A DNA stretch of 64,000 nt, taken from contig CATNEN010000001.1 of the NCBI GenBank assembly GCA_950097015.1, positions 4,216,001 through 4,280,000 of the forward strand, written 5' to 3'. The position numbers and the translations under genes were made by a program. The notes beneath the pieces were generated by a model. That model searched no databases. It was not told the DNA's origin and was given only the letters and a program-made list of their open reading frames with translations. Numbering within the stretch: the stretch's first letter is position 1; the number at the start of each line of letters is the position of its first letter. Of the stretch, positions 51,401 to 62,261 are shown piece by piece. This stretch comes from Macrostomum hystrix. Taxonomy: Eukaryota > Animalia > Platyhelminthes.

Positions 51401-54400
51401 TTAGATCCCATTGACTAATTGATCAATGATTTAGATCACATCGACTAATTGAACAATGATTTAGATCCCATTGACTAATTGATCAATTATTTAGATCCCA
51501 TTGACTAATTGATCAATGATTTAGATCCCATTGACTAATTGATCAATGATTTAGATCCCATTGACTAATTGATCAATGATTTAGATCCCATTGACTAATT
51601 GATCAATGATTTAGATCCCATTGACTAATTGATCAATTATTTAGATCCCATTGACTAATTGATCAATGATTTAGATCACATTGACTAATTGATCAACGAT
51701 TTAGATCCCATTGACTAATTGATCAATGATTTAGATCCCATTGACTAATTGATCAATGATTTAGATCCCATTGACTAATTGATCAATTATTTAGATCCCA
51801 TTGACTAATTGATCAATTATTTAGATCCCATTGACTAATTGATCAATGATTTAGATCCCATTGACTAATTGATGAATGATTTAGATCCCATTGACTAATT
51901 GATCAACGATTTAGATCCCATTGACTAATTGATCAATGATTTAGATCCCATTGACTAATTGATCAATTATTTAGATCCCATTGACTAATTGATCAATGAT
52001 TTAGATCCCATCGACTAATTGATCAATGATTTAGATCCCATCGACTAATTGATCAATGATTTAGATCCCATTGACTAATTGATCAATTATTTAGATCCCA
52101 TTGACTAATTGATCAATGATTTAGATCCCATTGACTAATTGATCAATGATTTAGATCCCATTGACTAATTGATCAATGATTTAGATCCCATTGACTAATT
52201 GATCAATTATTTAGATCCCATTGACTAATTGATCAATTATTTAGATCCCATTGACTAATTGATCAATGATTTAGATCCCATTGACTAATTGATCAATTAT
52301 TTAGATCCCATTGACTAATTGATCAATGATTTAGATCCCATTGACTAATTGATCAATGATTTAGATCCCATTGACTAATTGATCAATGATTTAGATCCCA
52401 TTGACTAATTGATCAATGATTTAGATCCCATTGACTAATTGATCAATTATTTAGATCCCATTGACTAATTGATCAATGATTTAGATCCCATTGACTAATT
52501 GATCAATGATTTAGATCCCATTGACTAATTGATCAATGATTTAGATCCCATTGACTAATTGATCAATGATTTAGATCCCATTGACTAATTGATCAATGAT
52601 TTAGATCCCATTGGCTAATTGATCAATGATTTAGATCCCATTGACTAATTGATCAATTATTTAGATCCCATTGACTAATTGATCAATGATTTAGATCCCA
52701 TTGACTAATTGATCAATGATTTAGATCCCATTGACTAATTGATCAACGATTTAGATCCCATCGACTAATTGATCAATGATTTAGATCACATTGACTAATT
52801 GATCAATGATTTAGATCCCATTGACTAATTGATCAATTATTTAGATCCCATTGACTAATTGATCAATGATTTAGATCCCATTGACTAATTGATCAATGAT
52901 TTAGATCCCATCGACTAATTGATCAATGATTTAGATCCCATTGACTAATTGATCAATTATTTAGATCCCATTGACTAATTGATCAATGATTTAGATCCCA
53001 TTGACTAATTGATCAATTATTTAGATCCCATTGACTAATTGATCAATTATTTAGATCCCATCGACTAATTGATCAATGATTTAGATCCCATCGACTAATT
53101 GATCAATGATTTAGATCCCATTGACTAATTGATCAATTATTTAGATCCCATTGACTAATTGATCAATGATTTAGATCCCATTGACTAATTGATCAATGAT
53201 TTAGATCCCATTGACTAATTGATCAACGATTTAGATCACATTGACTAATTGATCAATGATTTAGATCCCATCGACTAATTGATCAATGATTTAGATCCCA
53301 TTGACTAATTGATCAATTATTTAGATCCCATTGACTAATTGATCAATTATTTAGATCCCATCGACTAATTGATCAATTATTTAGATCCCATCGACTAATT
53401 GATCAATGATTTAGATCCCATTGGCTAATTGATCAATTATTTAGATCCCATTGACTAATTGATCAATTATTTAGATCCCATTGACTAATCAATGATCGAT
53501 CGATTGAATCAATGGCATCAATAATCAATGATTATATTCCACAAGTCAAAGATTACGATCCAATGTAAAATTCTTCAGTTCTTCAGATCCTCAATGAAAC
53601 ATATGATTACCATGCAATGTTGCCAGGCACCCACCTGCACCTATGGTCGGTGAATGGCGAGCCCCTAGCCAGCATCAACACAACCAGTGGCCGGGCGCAG
53701 CAGATTCACTGCCTAGCAATGAGCTGCCTACACGACTGGGATCCCATGAATGTAGTGCTAACAGCTGGCGCTGATGGGGTTGTGCGCATGTGGACTCTGG
53801 AATATGTTCAGGAGTCGGCCCATGGAGAACAGCCTACTCAGCAGCAGCAGCAGCAGCAGCAAAAACAGCAGCCTAGTTCACCAACCGATGATCAGTGGGT
53901 TGTTGGTGGCGGTGAGGTAAGATCTTTGGGTTGATAGTAACAATTTATAAATTAATTTTTATTATTAATGATTTACAATTTGCAGTAGGGCTGCGGGCAA
54001 TGGCACATTATTTGGTGACACTAGATCCGCAGCCAGCCAGGAGGCAATTCTGCTCATTTCGCTGACTCCTGAGCACACACGCACACAGGTGTGTACATCT
54101 GCCCTGACTTTATCATCGTCAGGCAGTGTACACTCTCACTGTGCCTTGGAGGTTGGCCCTCCAGGGCGTAAATTGCACGACAAGCCCCAATGAATGTTGT
54201 GGCCTCGCCGCGGAATCGAACTCAGGGACCTTAGTGCGAGAGGCAAACGCGTTAGCCACCAATATTCATTTATAGATATTTTTTAACTTCAGACTTTCGA
54301 CGAAACACGCCACAATCCGGACAGTCCGTCGCAAACCTCGGCCGAAGCTTCTCCCCCGCCCCAGCAGCAGCAGCGGCAGCCACGCGGGGCATCTGTAGCC

Positions 54401-54940
54401 TCCGACAATGATCAAGACGATAGATCTAGTCTAGAGAGCGGCCCTGGTGTCATTTCCGGTCAACAAACTCCGGCGGCGCTTCAGCAAAAGCCGAATCCGC
54501 AGCAGCAGCAGCAGCAGCAGCAGCATCGCCAAGGTGTCCGTTGGACCCGTCAGCTACTGTTCAAATCCAAGCTAACAATGCACACGGCATACGAAAGAAA
54601 CGACAATAGCCAGCCAGCCGGCGTCACAGCTCTATCAATCTCGCGCGATCATCGCGCCGTGTACATCGGCGACGCCCGCGGCCGGGTCTGGACCTGGAGC
54701 GTGCCGGCTGAACCGTTTCGCGGCGGCCTAGCCGACAATTGGGTTAAAGACGAAGGCGTGGCGGCTTGCGCCGAGTGCGGAGTGAAATTCTCGCCGACGG
54801 TGCGCAGGCATCACTGTCGCAACTGCGGCAGGGTGTTCTGCAATCGCTGCAGTAGGCACGAGATTGAAATCAAACGATTGCGCCTAATGAAACCTGTTCG
54901 AGTGTGCAATGCCTGCTATGCCGGCCTGAGGACTGCTTGA
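23217..54940 (+). CDS. WDFY3: WD repeat and FYVE domain protein 3 (ALFY/Blue cheese orthologue); exons 23217-23489, 24013-24860, 28401-28567, 31081-31462, 32127-32547, 34213-34503, 35604-36068, 36821-37495, 37985-38530, 40067-41038, 42341-43588, 44087-46839, 47415-47858, 50368-50831, 53627-53916, 54293-54940, about 3628 aa
   Basis: N-terminal [16 protein letters not shown]; PH-BEACH ([64 protein letters not shown]); WD40 repeats; FYVE (WVKD...RRHHCRNCG...VRVC). All 15 junctions keep frame. Confidence 0.95.
23519..23870. repeat. 24-bp minisatellite GAGTGTCTATGAGCAGTGTGACTG, WDFY3 intron 1
   Basis: Direct tandem copies. Confidence 0.97.
25336..25465 (+). promoter_or_regulatory. Candidate promoter of the nested LSM14 gene
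   Basis: CCAAT near 25340, GC-rich motifs, and TTTTATAAAA near 25453, about 135 nt before the ATG. Confidence 0.35.
25593..27368 (+). CDS. LSM14: LSM14/RAP55/Scd6/Tral-family mRNP granule protein, intronless, nested in WDFY3 intron 2
   Basis: Lsm14 domain [19 protein letters not shown]...FGTEDR...[11 protein letters not shown] motif [11 protein letters not shown] box [11 protein letters not shown] box LNKETFG, and RG-rich regions. Single 591-aa ORF. Confidence 0.95.
   Translation: MTPPPQVPYIGSTISLLSKASIRYEGFLYTIDQKESSVALSHVKVFGTEDRHCDRPVPPSDEIFEFIIFRASDITELKVIDTPPVRSVPDPAIIRAQNKAPPPPSSGSDQPGSAAGEANASVKNFLSQAGPAVASVGSRMSAALTVGGSSGSGASSSSNAVRLMGGSEAYSGRQLNRQQQQQQQQQQPQQQPQQQSRQHQSRSQQPPLMQGQQPQQQQQQYQRRYNNHQQDNKPFSGGDYQQSSRSYYINRRNNSEFYDMSSNNGGGYNGRMGRSGGSGGGSGGYGYGPQGPPPLQSLQPLPPPSHYRNTYGGPAYSGYYHQQQQQQHHPGYGYTLAPPPMMALPPGSQRRYGGRPVMHFRRYPGAPNGIGGGRMNGGGRSGPLHQHGGGSGWNSSSDRRQQQHQQQHQQQHRQPLVDPIPARFTADYDFETANAEMEAELAKLILGGGGAGGSVNDNSVPDASADQGDADVDSKAHLAGTIAAVESLMRCAHAGYNKEKSFFDDISRVEADDANAAAASSNNCGIIGGGGGGSAGGGNNASNNGSSGPRKETVRQNALNKETFGLVGGRMRRGIGNRFYGNRGPQRRALV
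28665..31018. repeat. 22-bp minisatellite TTCACAATCTGTCATTATCCAG, WDFY3 intron 3
   Basis: Roughly 100 tandem copies. Confidence 0.98.
31545..31890. repeat. 16-bp minisatellite AAATCCCATTTGCT(T/A)C, WDFY3 intron 4
   Basis: Direct tandem copies. Confidence 0.96.
32686..34128. repeat. 21/28-bp minisatellite built from 7-mers (GACAGCT AATGAGT GACAGTT [GATAGTT]), WDFY3 intron 5
   Basis: Direct tandem copies with an optional extra 7-mer. Confidence 0.97.
34703..35310. repeat. 11-bp AT-rich minisatellite TACTACTTAAA, WDFY3 intron 6
   Basis: Direct tandem copies with shorter variants. Confidence 0.95.
36225..36762. repeat. Degenerate ~22-bp minisatellite TTCGTTAGTTTGAACATCGAAA, WDFY3 intron 7
   Basis: Diverged tandem copies. 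Confidence 0.85.
37517..37890. repeat. 36/42-bp minisatellite CCTAATCCCCTCAGATCCCATGACTCATTCTCAGTT, WDFY3 intron 8
   Basis: Tandem copies alternating in length. Confidence 0.95.
38630..39995. repeat. 20-bp minisatellite AGAGACATCG(T/A)AGTGAGATT, WDFY3 intron 9
   Basis: Direct tandem copies. Confidence 0.98.
41168..42237. repeat. 31-bp minisatellite CTAATTGGGATTCCAGGTAGACTAATTATAA, WDFY3 intron 10
   Basis: Direct tandem copies. Confidence 0.98.
43665..43987. repeat. 22-bp minisatellite TATCACACCTGTTCTAGTATAG, WDFY3 intron 11
   Basis: Direct tandem copies. Confidence 0.96.
47048..47366 (+). mobile_element. tRNA-derived SINE family B with CORE-like domain, full length, WDFY3 intron 12
   Basis: A box TAGCCTAGTGG, B box GGTTCGATTCCC, central GTGTCCTTTAGCAAGACACTTAAC...CTTCAGTTCACCCAGCTGTTAAATGGG, (TTA)n tail, and a perfect 12-bp TSD TAATAATCCAGA at 47036-47047 and 47367-47378. 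Confidence 0.9.
47905..50305. repeat. 16-bp pyrimidine-rich minisatellite GTGTCTCATCTCTCCC, WDFY3 intron 13
   Basis: About 150 units with recurring variant blocks. Confidence 0.98.
50915..53490. repeat. 30-bp minisatellite GATCAATGATTTAGATCCCATTGACTAATT, WDFY3 intron 14
   Basis: About 85 tandem copies with an internal inverted TCAATG/CATTGA. Confidence 0.98.
53955..54260 (-). mobile_element. SINE family A copy with an internal deletion, WDFY3 intron 15
   Basis: Reverse complement of the family A consensus. Confidence 0.85.
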
Positions 54941-55152
54941 CCGGCCCGACTGTTTATCGACTGTTTTGCATGAATCTCATCGGAATGGATACTCTGGTGA
55001 CCTTTTTTGTTATTAACTGTTAATAGTTTTAAATGTGTAATAATGCTGTATAGAGTTTAGCTGCTAGGTAAGCTGGGACACTAATTAAAATTATTCGGTT
55101 AAGATTCGAACTTTCGACCTTCTAGTCAGAATCCCAAAGCTGTAAGCTGTGA

Positions 55153-55668
55153 AGATCCCATTGAGTAGATTCAGATCCCATTGAGTAGATTCAGATCCCA
55201 TTGAGTAGATTCAGATCCCATTGAGTATATTCAGATTCCATTGAGTATATTCAGATTCCATTCAGTATATTCAGATCCCATTGTGTAGATTCAGATCCCA
55301 TTGAGTATATTCAGATTCCATTCAGTATATTCAGATCCCATTGTGTAGATTCAGATCCCATTGAGTATATTCAGATTCCATTCAGTATATTCAGATCCCA
55401 TTGTGTAGATTCAGATCCCATTGAGTATATTCAGATTCCATTGAGTATATTCAGATTCCATTCAGTATATTCAGATCCCATTGTGTAGATTCAGATTCCA
55501 TTGAGTAGATTCAGATCCCATTGAGTAGATTCAGATCCCATTGAGTATATTCAGATTCCATTCAGTATATTCAGATCCCATTGTGTAGATTCAGATCCCA
55601 TTGAGTATATTCAGATTCCATTCAGTATATTCAGATCCCATTGAGTAGATTCAGATTCCATTGAGTAT
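55153..55668. repeat. 20-bp minisatellite TCAGAT(C/T)CCATTGAGTA(G/T)AT downstream of the WDFY3 stop
   Basis: Direct tandem copies with a 60-bp higher-order pattern. Confidence 0.96.
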
Positions 55669-57153
55669 AGTTGGGTGCAGTAGCATGCAAGAAATATTTA
55701 ATCAGTTAAGTGGTAAGTGGTAACGTTTTCAGAAATATTAGTTAATTGATTTAGGTTTTTGTTAGTTTATTCTGGCTGTAATTGTTAAACAAATTATGTT
55801 TTTCTATTACATTTGGGATTCAAATTTATTTGTTTTTGTTCATAATAAAACGAAACAACTTTTTTTTCACGTGTGATTTCACGTACCGTAGACAAATAGT
55901 GTTTATATTATTGCAGGTATAGTGAAGATAATGTTATCGATTAGTTGATTACTAAGTTTGAATATTCTCTAAGTATTTGTATGCCAGTAGAAAAGCACTA
56001 ATTTTGTGATAACTAAACATTTTACACTAAAGTTCTGTCACGTGTTTCATTTTCAATTATTCCTTTTTTTCTTGGCCCCTGTTTTCGAATGCATAATAAA
56101 TATCATTATACAAGAGTGCATATAGTAACCGGTATGCTATGATTGTCTGTAAAATATTGTTACAGTTCATCTTAAATATTGAATCAATTAATTGTAAATG
56201 CACAATTTTCCTAAGTTTTAAGTGATTTTCAATCAATCGATAACCATTTCCAATGCACAGAAATATTCTAACCATTTCCCTACTAAATTATTGTGAGCGC
56301 CATTGTGTCTATGCTTATAATTTACCTCTATAAGGTTATAGTTCTCCCAGGATTTCTATAAATAGCATCTAGCTCATATGTATATTATAGGTACTGTATA
56401 CAGAACTCGTTGATATTTTAGAATACACTAAAAATCTAATACTGAATGGGCATTCATAGATTTGTAATAAAAACTTAGTCTTTGTTAATCAGTCTTGTTT
56501 ATATTCAAAATCTAATGTTGTTTCCTTGTGTAATCTTGTTTGTTGTTTGTGTTTTTCTGTCTCTCATTAAGTTCTGTTATTGGTAGAACTATATTTAGTA
56601 TGCTGCAGTATTAGAATTCAGAATGGAAAAATAAGCATTCAAATATTGAATTATTGATGTTGTATTGCTTAGACTTTCCATGCACTAAAACTGATAGGAT
56701 TGATATTTGTCAATGCTTGCAATTTTTCTTAATATACAGTTTAATATTTATTATTTATGCTAATGCTTTAGTCAGTGTAATAGTCAGTTTGAATGCAATC
56801 AGTTCAATAATGTTTAATAAATTATTAAATATTTATTTATTGACACACTCACATTCAAAGATCGAGAAGCACTGTTGATTTTTTTATGCTAATTTAGTAT
56901 CGAAATATATTAGATTTTGACGCTTAAAAGTTTTCTATTCGGTGTTTCTTTCATTTTTGAATAAAATCTGTCATTTCCGTGCTTGACTACTTAAATATTA
57001 GATTTCAAGTAGTATGTAAAGTGGTGGATTTGCTCTAGTTTTAAGCCTCGGTTAGAAGTCCTAAGCTAAGCTTACAGAGCTAAAAGGTCCACTTAGTTAT
57101 TGACAACTAAAATAATCTTAGTACCCTTCTCTGAGAGTATATACTATCAGACA

Positions 57154-57370
57154 GGTTGTAGCCTTGTGATTAGAGCGTCGGACTCACGACTTGAAGGTCG
57201 GGGGTTCGATTCACGACTCCACTGGAACAATCTGTGTCCTTTAGCTAGACCCTTAACTCTGCATGGCTTCAGTTCACCCAGCTGTTAAATGTCACAGCAG
57301 CAATAGCTGTCTGCGTGCTGTCGGCTGCATATCTGGCCCAATCGGACAGGTGTAATCAATTATTAGTTAT
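57154..57370 (+). mobile_element. SINE family B (CORE-like), internally deleted copy
   Basis: Matches the head, core and 3' end of the 47048 copy. Confidence 0.85.
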
Positions 57371-57414
57371 TTTAAAAAATTCTATTGTTATCAACTATTT
57401 CAGCTGCCAAAGCC

Positions 57415-59384
57415 ATGGCCTCGATGCCAGAGTTTCAAATGCCCAAAGGTTCCTACAATCCTTTGAATAAGCGCATTGTCTACGTTGGCGGCTTAGCAGA
57501 CGAAGTGGATCAGAAAATCTTGCACGCAGCTTTCATACCGTTTGGCGACATTGTGGACATCTCCATACCGTTGGACTATCAGTCTAGCAAGCATCGCGGC
57601 TTCGCATTCGTTGAATTCGAATCAGCCGAAGATGCCGCAGCTGCCATAGACAATATGAACGAGGGAGAACTCTATGGCCGAACCTTACGGGTTAACATTG
57701 CCAGGTGCGCGGGTCTTAAAGCTCATTCATTCATTCGAAATGAGTGCTTTCAAATGCCTGTGTACAACTGTCCAGTCCGTGGACTGGGGTGGTCACCGAA
57801 ATTTCTAAGCTGATTCTGCCTTGGTTGTAGCATAAAGTTGAGATTGTATCGGGGGCAGAAATAAGTCACACTTGTCAAACGGTAGATTATAAGAATTTAC
57901 TTTATAACTCTAGATCAGGGGTAGGCAAACTTATTTGCTGGCGGGCCAAAGAGAGAACCTAAAAGACGACAGCGGACCGCATTGACTGTATAAATATGAG
58001 ATAGGGGAGAGATGAGACACGGGAGAGATGAGACACGGGAGAGATGAGACATGGGAGAGATGAGACACGCGAGAGATTAGACACAAGAGAGATGAGAAAC
58101 GGGAGAGATGAGACACAGGAGAGATAAGACACGGCATAGATGAGACACGGGAGAGATGAGACAGGGGAGAGATGAGACACAGGAGAGATGAGACACGGGA
58201 GAGATTAGACACGGCATAGATGAGACACGGGAGAGATGAGACACGGGAGAGATTAGACACGGGAGAGATTAGACACGGCATAGATGAGACACGGGAGAGA
58301 TGTGACACGGGAGAGATTAGACACGGCATAGATGAGACACGGGAGAGATTAGACACGGCATAGATGAGACACAGGAGAGATGAGACACGGGAGAGATTAG
58401 ACACGGGAGAGATTAGACACGGGAGAGATTAGACACGGGAGAGATGAGACACGGGAGAGATGAAACAGGACACTGTAGATGTCAGTAGGGGCAACGGGCC
58501 GGATTCGGGAGCTTTGAGGGCCGCATCTGGCCCGCGGGCCGGAGTTTGCCGACCCCTGCTCTAGATCAACTCAGTATGTCTTAAAGCATGTCTTTCCATG
58601 GGTAAGGCCATTCGAACACTCGACACAAATTGTTAAGACCATGTCAAAACCGATCCGCAGGCCCGTCCGAATTCGCGAAGGCTGGGGTCGCCCAGTCTGG
58701 TCCGATGACAACTGGCTGAAGAAATTCGGCGGAGCCACCCTGCAGCACAATCAGCCGGCTGAGGAAGCGCCAAATGAAGGCGAAGCATCCGGCGGATCTA
58801 AAGAGGCCACTGGAGATTCCACTGCTGCTGCTGTTGCTGCCGATTCCGCTGCGGATTCTCAGCCAGCGGCTAAAAAGTCAAAACCATCCGGAGGCAATCC
58901 TCGTGTCTACCTGGACATCAGCATCGGCGGCAGGCCAGTTGGTCGCATTGTGGCCGAATTGCGCAGCGACGTTGTGCCGAAGACGGCGGAAAATTTTCGC
59001 TGCCTCTGCAGCCACGAGCGCGGCTTCGGCCTCCGCGGCTCCAAATTCCACCGGATCATTCCCGGCTTCATGTGCCAGGGCGGCGACTTCACCAAAGGCA
59101 ACGGCACCGGCGGCAAGTCCATCTACGGCGACAAATTCGAGGATGAGAACTTCAAACTGCGTCACACCGGCCCTGGCGTACTGTCTATGGCCAACAGCGG
59201 GCCCAACACCAACGGCTCGCAGTTCTTCATCTGCACCGAGGCCACAGCTTGGCTAGATAACAAGCACGTGGTGTTTGGCCGTGTGCTTGACGGCATGCCT
59301 ATTGTGCGCAAGATGGAAGCTGTCGGCTCTAAGTCTGGCAAGCCTAGTCAACCTGTGGTCATTGACGACTGCGGCGTTGTCTGA
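57415..59384 (+). CDS. PPIE: Peptidyl-prolyl isomerase E (cyclophilin 33; RRM plus cyclophilin domain); exons 57415-57704 and 58661-59384, about 337 aa
   Basis: RRM ([29 protein letters not shown]), linker [11 protein letters not shown], and cyclophilin motifs [42 protein letters not shown]. Phase-2 intron. Confidence 0.96.
57916..58558. mobile_element. Non-autonomous hAT (Charlie/Buster-type) MITE in the PPIE intron
   Basis: TIRs CAGGGGTAGGCAAACT and AGTTTGCCGACCCCTG; perfect 8-bp TSD CTCTAGAT at 57908-57915 and 58559-58566; subterminal GGCCCGCGGGCC. Confidence 0.93.
57997..58468. repeat. 16-bp minisatellite GGGAGAGAT(G/T)AGACAC inside the hAT MITE
   Basis: Reverse complement of the WDFY3 intron-13 unit. 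Confidence 0.95.
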
Positions 59385-59679
59385 TTTCTAACTTTCTCTT
59401 TTTTACTGTCGTTGCTTACAAAAATTCTTTCTCTCGCTTTTAACTTGTTAATAATTAATATGTAATCGTCAATCCCGAGTGTTGAACATTTGAAAGCCAA
59501 TTACTATAGTTAATGTGTGTCACATAAATAAATATACTAATTATGTATGGCTGTAATTCTAGTGTCTATGATACTGGCTTTGTGCTATTGACCCATGGGT
59601 TTTGTACAGCTGTTAAGTCCATAGTTTTGCATCAAAGAAGCTCGTACAAATAGTCACAGATTCGAACTCCTGACCTCTA

Positions 59680-60256
59680 CCCGTATAAAACGGAACGGTC
59701 ACAAAAAAGGGATTGTGACTGTCAATGTGACTGTTATGGTCACATGTTATCGTTGGTGACCATTTTTGTGACCGTTTTTTCAGAGTCTTATGTTTCTATA
59801 TTTCTCTCTTGTCGATAAAATAGGGTTTCAGTATATGGAGCACACCAAGTTGAAATGCAAATACACTTAACACATTCCCACACATGCACAGACGTTTACA
59901 CGGTAGATAGATCGATATACGAGTATATATAGATAGATCGATAGATAGGGTATGGGTAAATAGATGCATGGATAGATGCATTGAACGGAATTCATAAACT
60001 TTAGATGTCTCAGGACGGTCACACAAACGGTCACAGACGGTCACATAACAGTCACAGAACGGTCACAGAAAGGTCACATTACAGTCACAGTAAACAGTCA
60101 CAGAATGGTCGCAGTACACAGTCACAGTGAACGGTTACCTGGTGACCTAAGTTTCAATAATATGAACGGTCACACAAAACAGTCACAGCGTTACGTTTCA
60201 CGGGCACAGACTAAACGGTCACAGTCCCCTATTGTGACCGTTCCGTTTTATACGGG
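59680..60256. mobile_element. MITE with 25-bp perfect TIRs and many subterminal GGTCACA repeats (CACTA/EnSpm-like)
   Basis: CCCGTATAAAACGGAACGGTCACAA and TTGTGACCGTTCCGTTTTATACGGG. TSD is not clean. Confidence 0.8.
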
Positions 60257-60405
60257 CTCGTTTCGAAGTCTACCTCGATGGTGTGTAGGACCACATGGTC
60301 AGTTTTATGCTACTATTTTAGAAAAAAATAGTTTTCAAACTATTCATTTTCAAATCGTTGAAGTGATTGGTCACCTTTTACAGGCCTGTCAGCTAATGTG
60401 CAACA

Positions 60406-60918
60406 ATGAGCATGCTTCACCAGGTCGATGAAGCATCATCTACCGACTGTCCGATGTGTCCCAGTCGATTTTCTACAAGCAACAAAGCGCAGTACTGGCA
60501 TCATGTGGATTCTCATTGTCTTGGTTGCGATCGATCGACAGAGACGACAGATCAGGATACAATTTACTGCCTAGTGATTGGTGATAAACTAGTCCGGTGT
60601 GATTTCAAGAGTCGCAATAAAGTTAAGTCCAGCATTACAGCGACGCCAAGTAAGACTCGCTTCAAATGCGAAATCTGTGACTATGAGTTCAGCAGGAGAC
60701 CCAATCTTAATCGTCACTACCTGGTGCACACAGAATTTAAAGTATACCTGTGCGGCGTCTGCAAGAAATCATTTAGCCGTTTTGATGGCCTTCAAAAGCA
60801 CCGCAGGTTGCTGCATACCGACAAAAATTTGTCTTTTAGTGAGGCCTGTGGCATGGCACACGAATCCTTTCCTAGGCCTGGTGTGCAGTCGAAAGTACTA
60901 ACGGTGCAGCGTCCTTAA
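60406..60918 (+). CDS. Small C2H2 zinc-finger protein (5' end uncertain)
   Basis: CPMC...HVDSH, CEICDYEFSRRPNLNRHYLVH, CGVCKKSFSRFDGLQKHRRLLH. Acceptor tttacAG at 60382-60383. Confidence 0.75.
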   Translation: MSMLHQVDEASSTDCPMCPSRFSTSNKAQYWHHVDSHCLGCDRSTETTDQDTIYCLVIGDKLVRCDFKSRNKVKSSITATPSKTRFKCEICDYEFSRRPNLNRHYLVHTEFKVYLCGVCKKSFSRFDGLQKHRRLLHTDKNLSFSEACGMAHESFPRPGVQSKVLTVQRP

Positions 60919-61684
60919 CCATTACGGCTGGTTCGCTAACAGATAAAAACACGACACCACACTGATTATTCTTAAATCAAATGCTCCCCAGTTACTGTGT
61001 GAACTTTTCTTTCTATTGCTACGCATTTTTGCGCTAATTATGTGCTAAAACATCTACTTTCATAGGTAAGTTTTCTTGTTTAGGTCAGCATTTTGACAGT
61101 TAATTTTTACTTTTTGTTTTGCTCCCCTTTGTCGTAGTAGGTAGGAAAATAAATTTCCAATCTTAGCAACAATGCTCAATCTAACAGAAAAGTTCTTTCT
61201 GCCTCCCGTCTCAGCTAATTTGCTACACCGACGTGTTAAATGTTCATTTTATTTTTGTATATTTTAAGACGTTAGCTGAACAGAAGGAGACCACGGGGTT
61301 ATTTCAAATACTGACATTATTTTTCTGTATCTAATTTTTGTGACTCCAAAACACCGGCATCATCGGGGTGTCTGGTGGCTGTCGGTTGTCCTTGTCACCA
61401 GGGTCTTCGCTGAATATCTCGACGTCAGTTCGCTGAATGCTTTAAACGTCAGTTCTCATCTTGAAGGGTGGAAAGAAAATATTTATATGGCGGACTTTCG
61501 CGAAAATCGGTCATTCGGTTTGGGAGCTATGGTGAGGTAGGTAGTATTAGAAATAACCTAACAAGGACGTTCCCTAAAGGGATCTAGACATGATTTGAAA
61601 TCGACCAATGAACAATATGAAAGCTAACTTTCTTTTCAATTCAATTCCGTTTCAGTTGATCGGCCTAATCTAAAACGGGAAAGA

Positions 61685-62077
61685 ATGTCGTGCCCGATCT
61701 GTCCCATGCGTTTTCGCAAACGTCACAGGCTTCATTAGTTGCGTCATGTTGAATCGCACGGACTTGACTGCAACTCAAAGCCAGAGCAACTGGCAATGAG
61801 ATCGGAATCTAAGAGACTTGATCGGAGTAGAAATAGTCAGGAAAAAGCACACAGTTGTGATCATTGTGGAAAGCCTTTCAAGAACATGCAAAACTTGGCA
61901 ACGCATGTCCGAATTCACACCGGAGAGAAGCCGTACGCCCTGTGCGCCCAGTGCGCCCTGTGCGACAAGAAGTTCGCCTACTCCGGTTCCATTGCTAAGC
62001 ATCGAAGACTGCACTCCGGCCAGAGAACTTTGGCAATCGCAAGCTCAAGTTGTTTAATCCCACCGGTTTACGACTAA
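61685..62077 (+). pseudogene. C2H2 zinc-finger paralogue with an in-frame TAG at 61736-61738
   Basis: MSCPICPMRFRKRHRLH*LRHVESH, then CDHCGKPFKNMQNLATHVRIHTGEKPY and CALCDKKF...HRRLH. Confidence 0.65.
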
Positions 62078-62261
62078 TGCATTTGACTTATTCCCTTTTT
62101 TTAAGAACTCGTATGGGCAGACAACCGTCAGAATTATACAGCAACCAATTTTTTTTTAGTTTGCTGTTCTGCGTCAAAATTACAGCATTTTTCATTTAGT
62201 CTGCTTTTTATCTGTTGCTATTTAAGTGGCTGAAATATCCAAGATTCTAACAGCTGTTCCA

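Noticed and set aside
38630-53490. Regular 20-31 bp repeats as CRISPR arrays
   Set aside because: No unique spacers, no cas genes, and a eukaryotic intron context.
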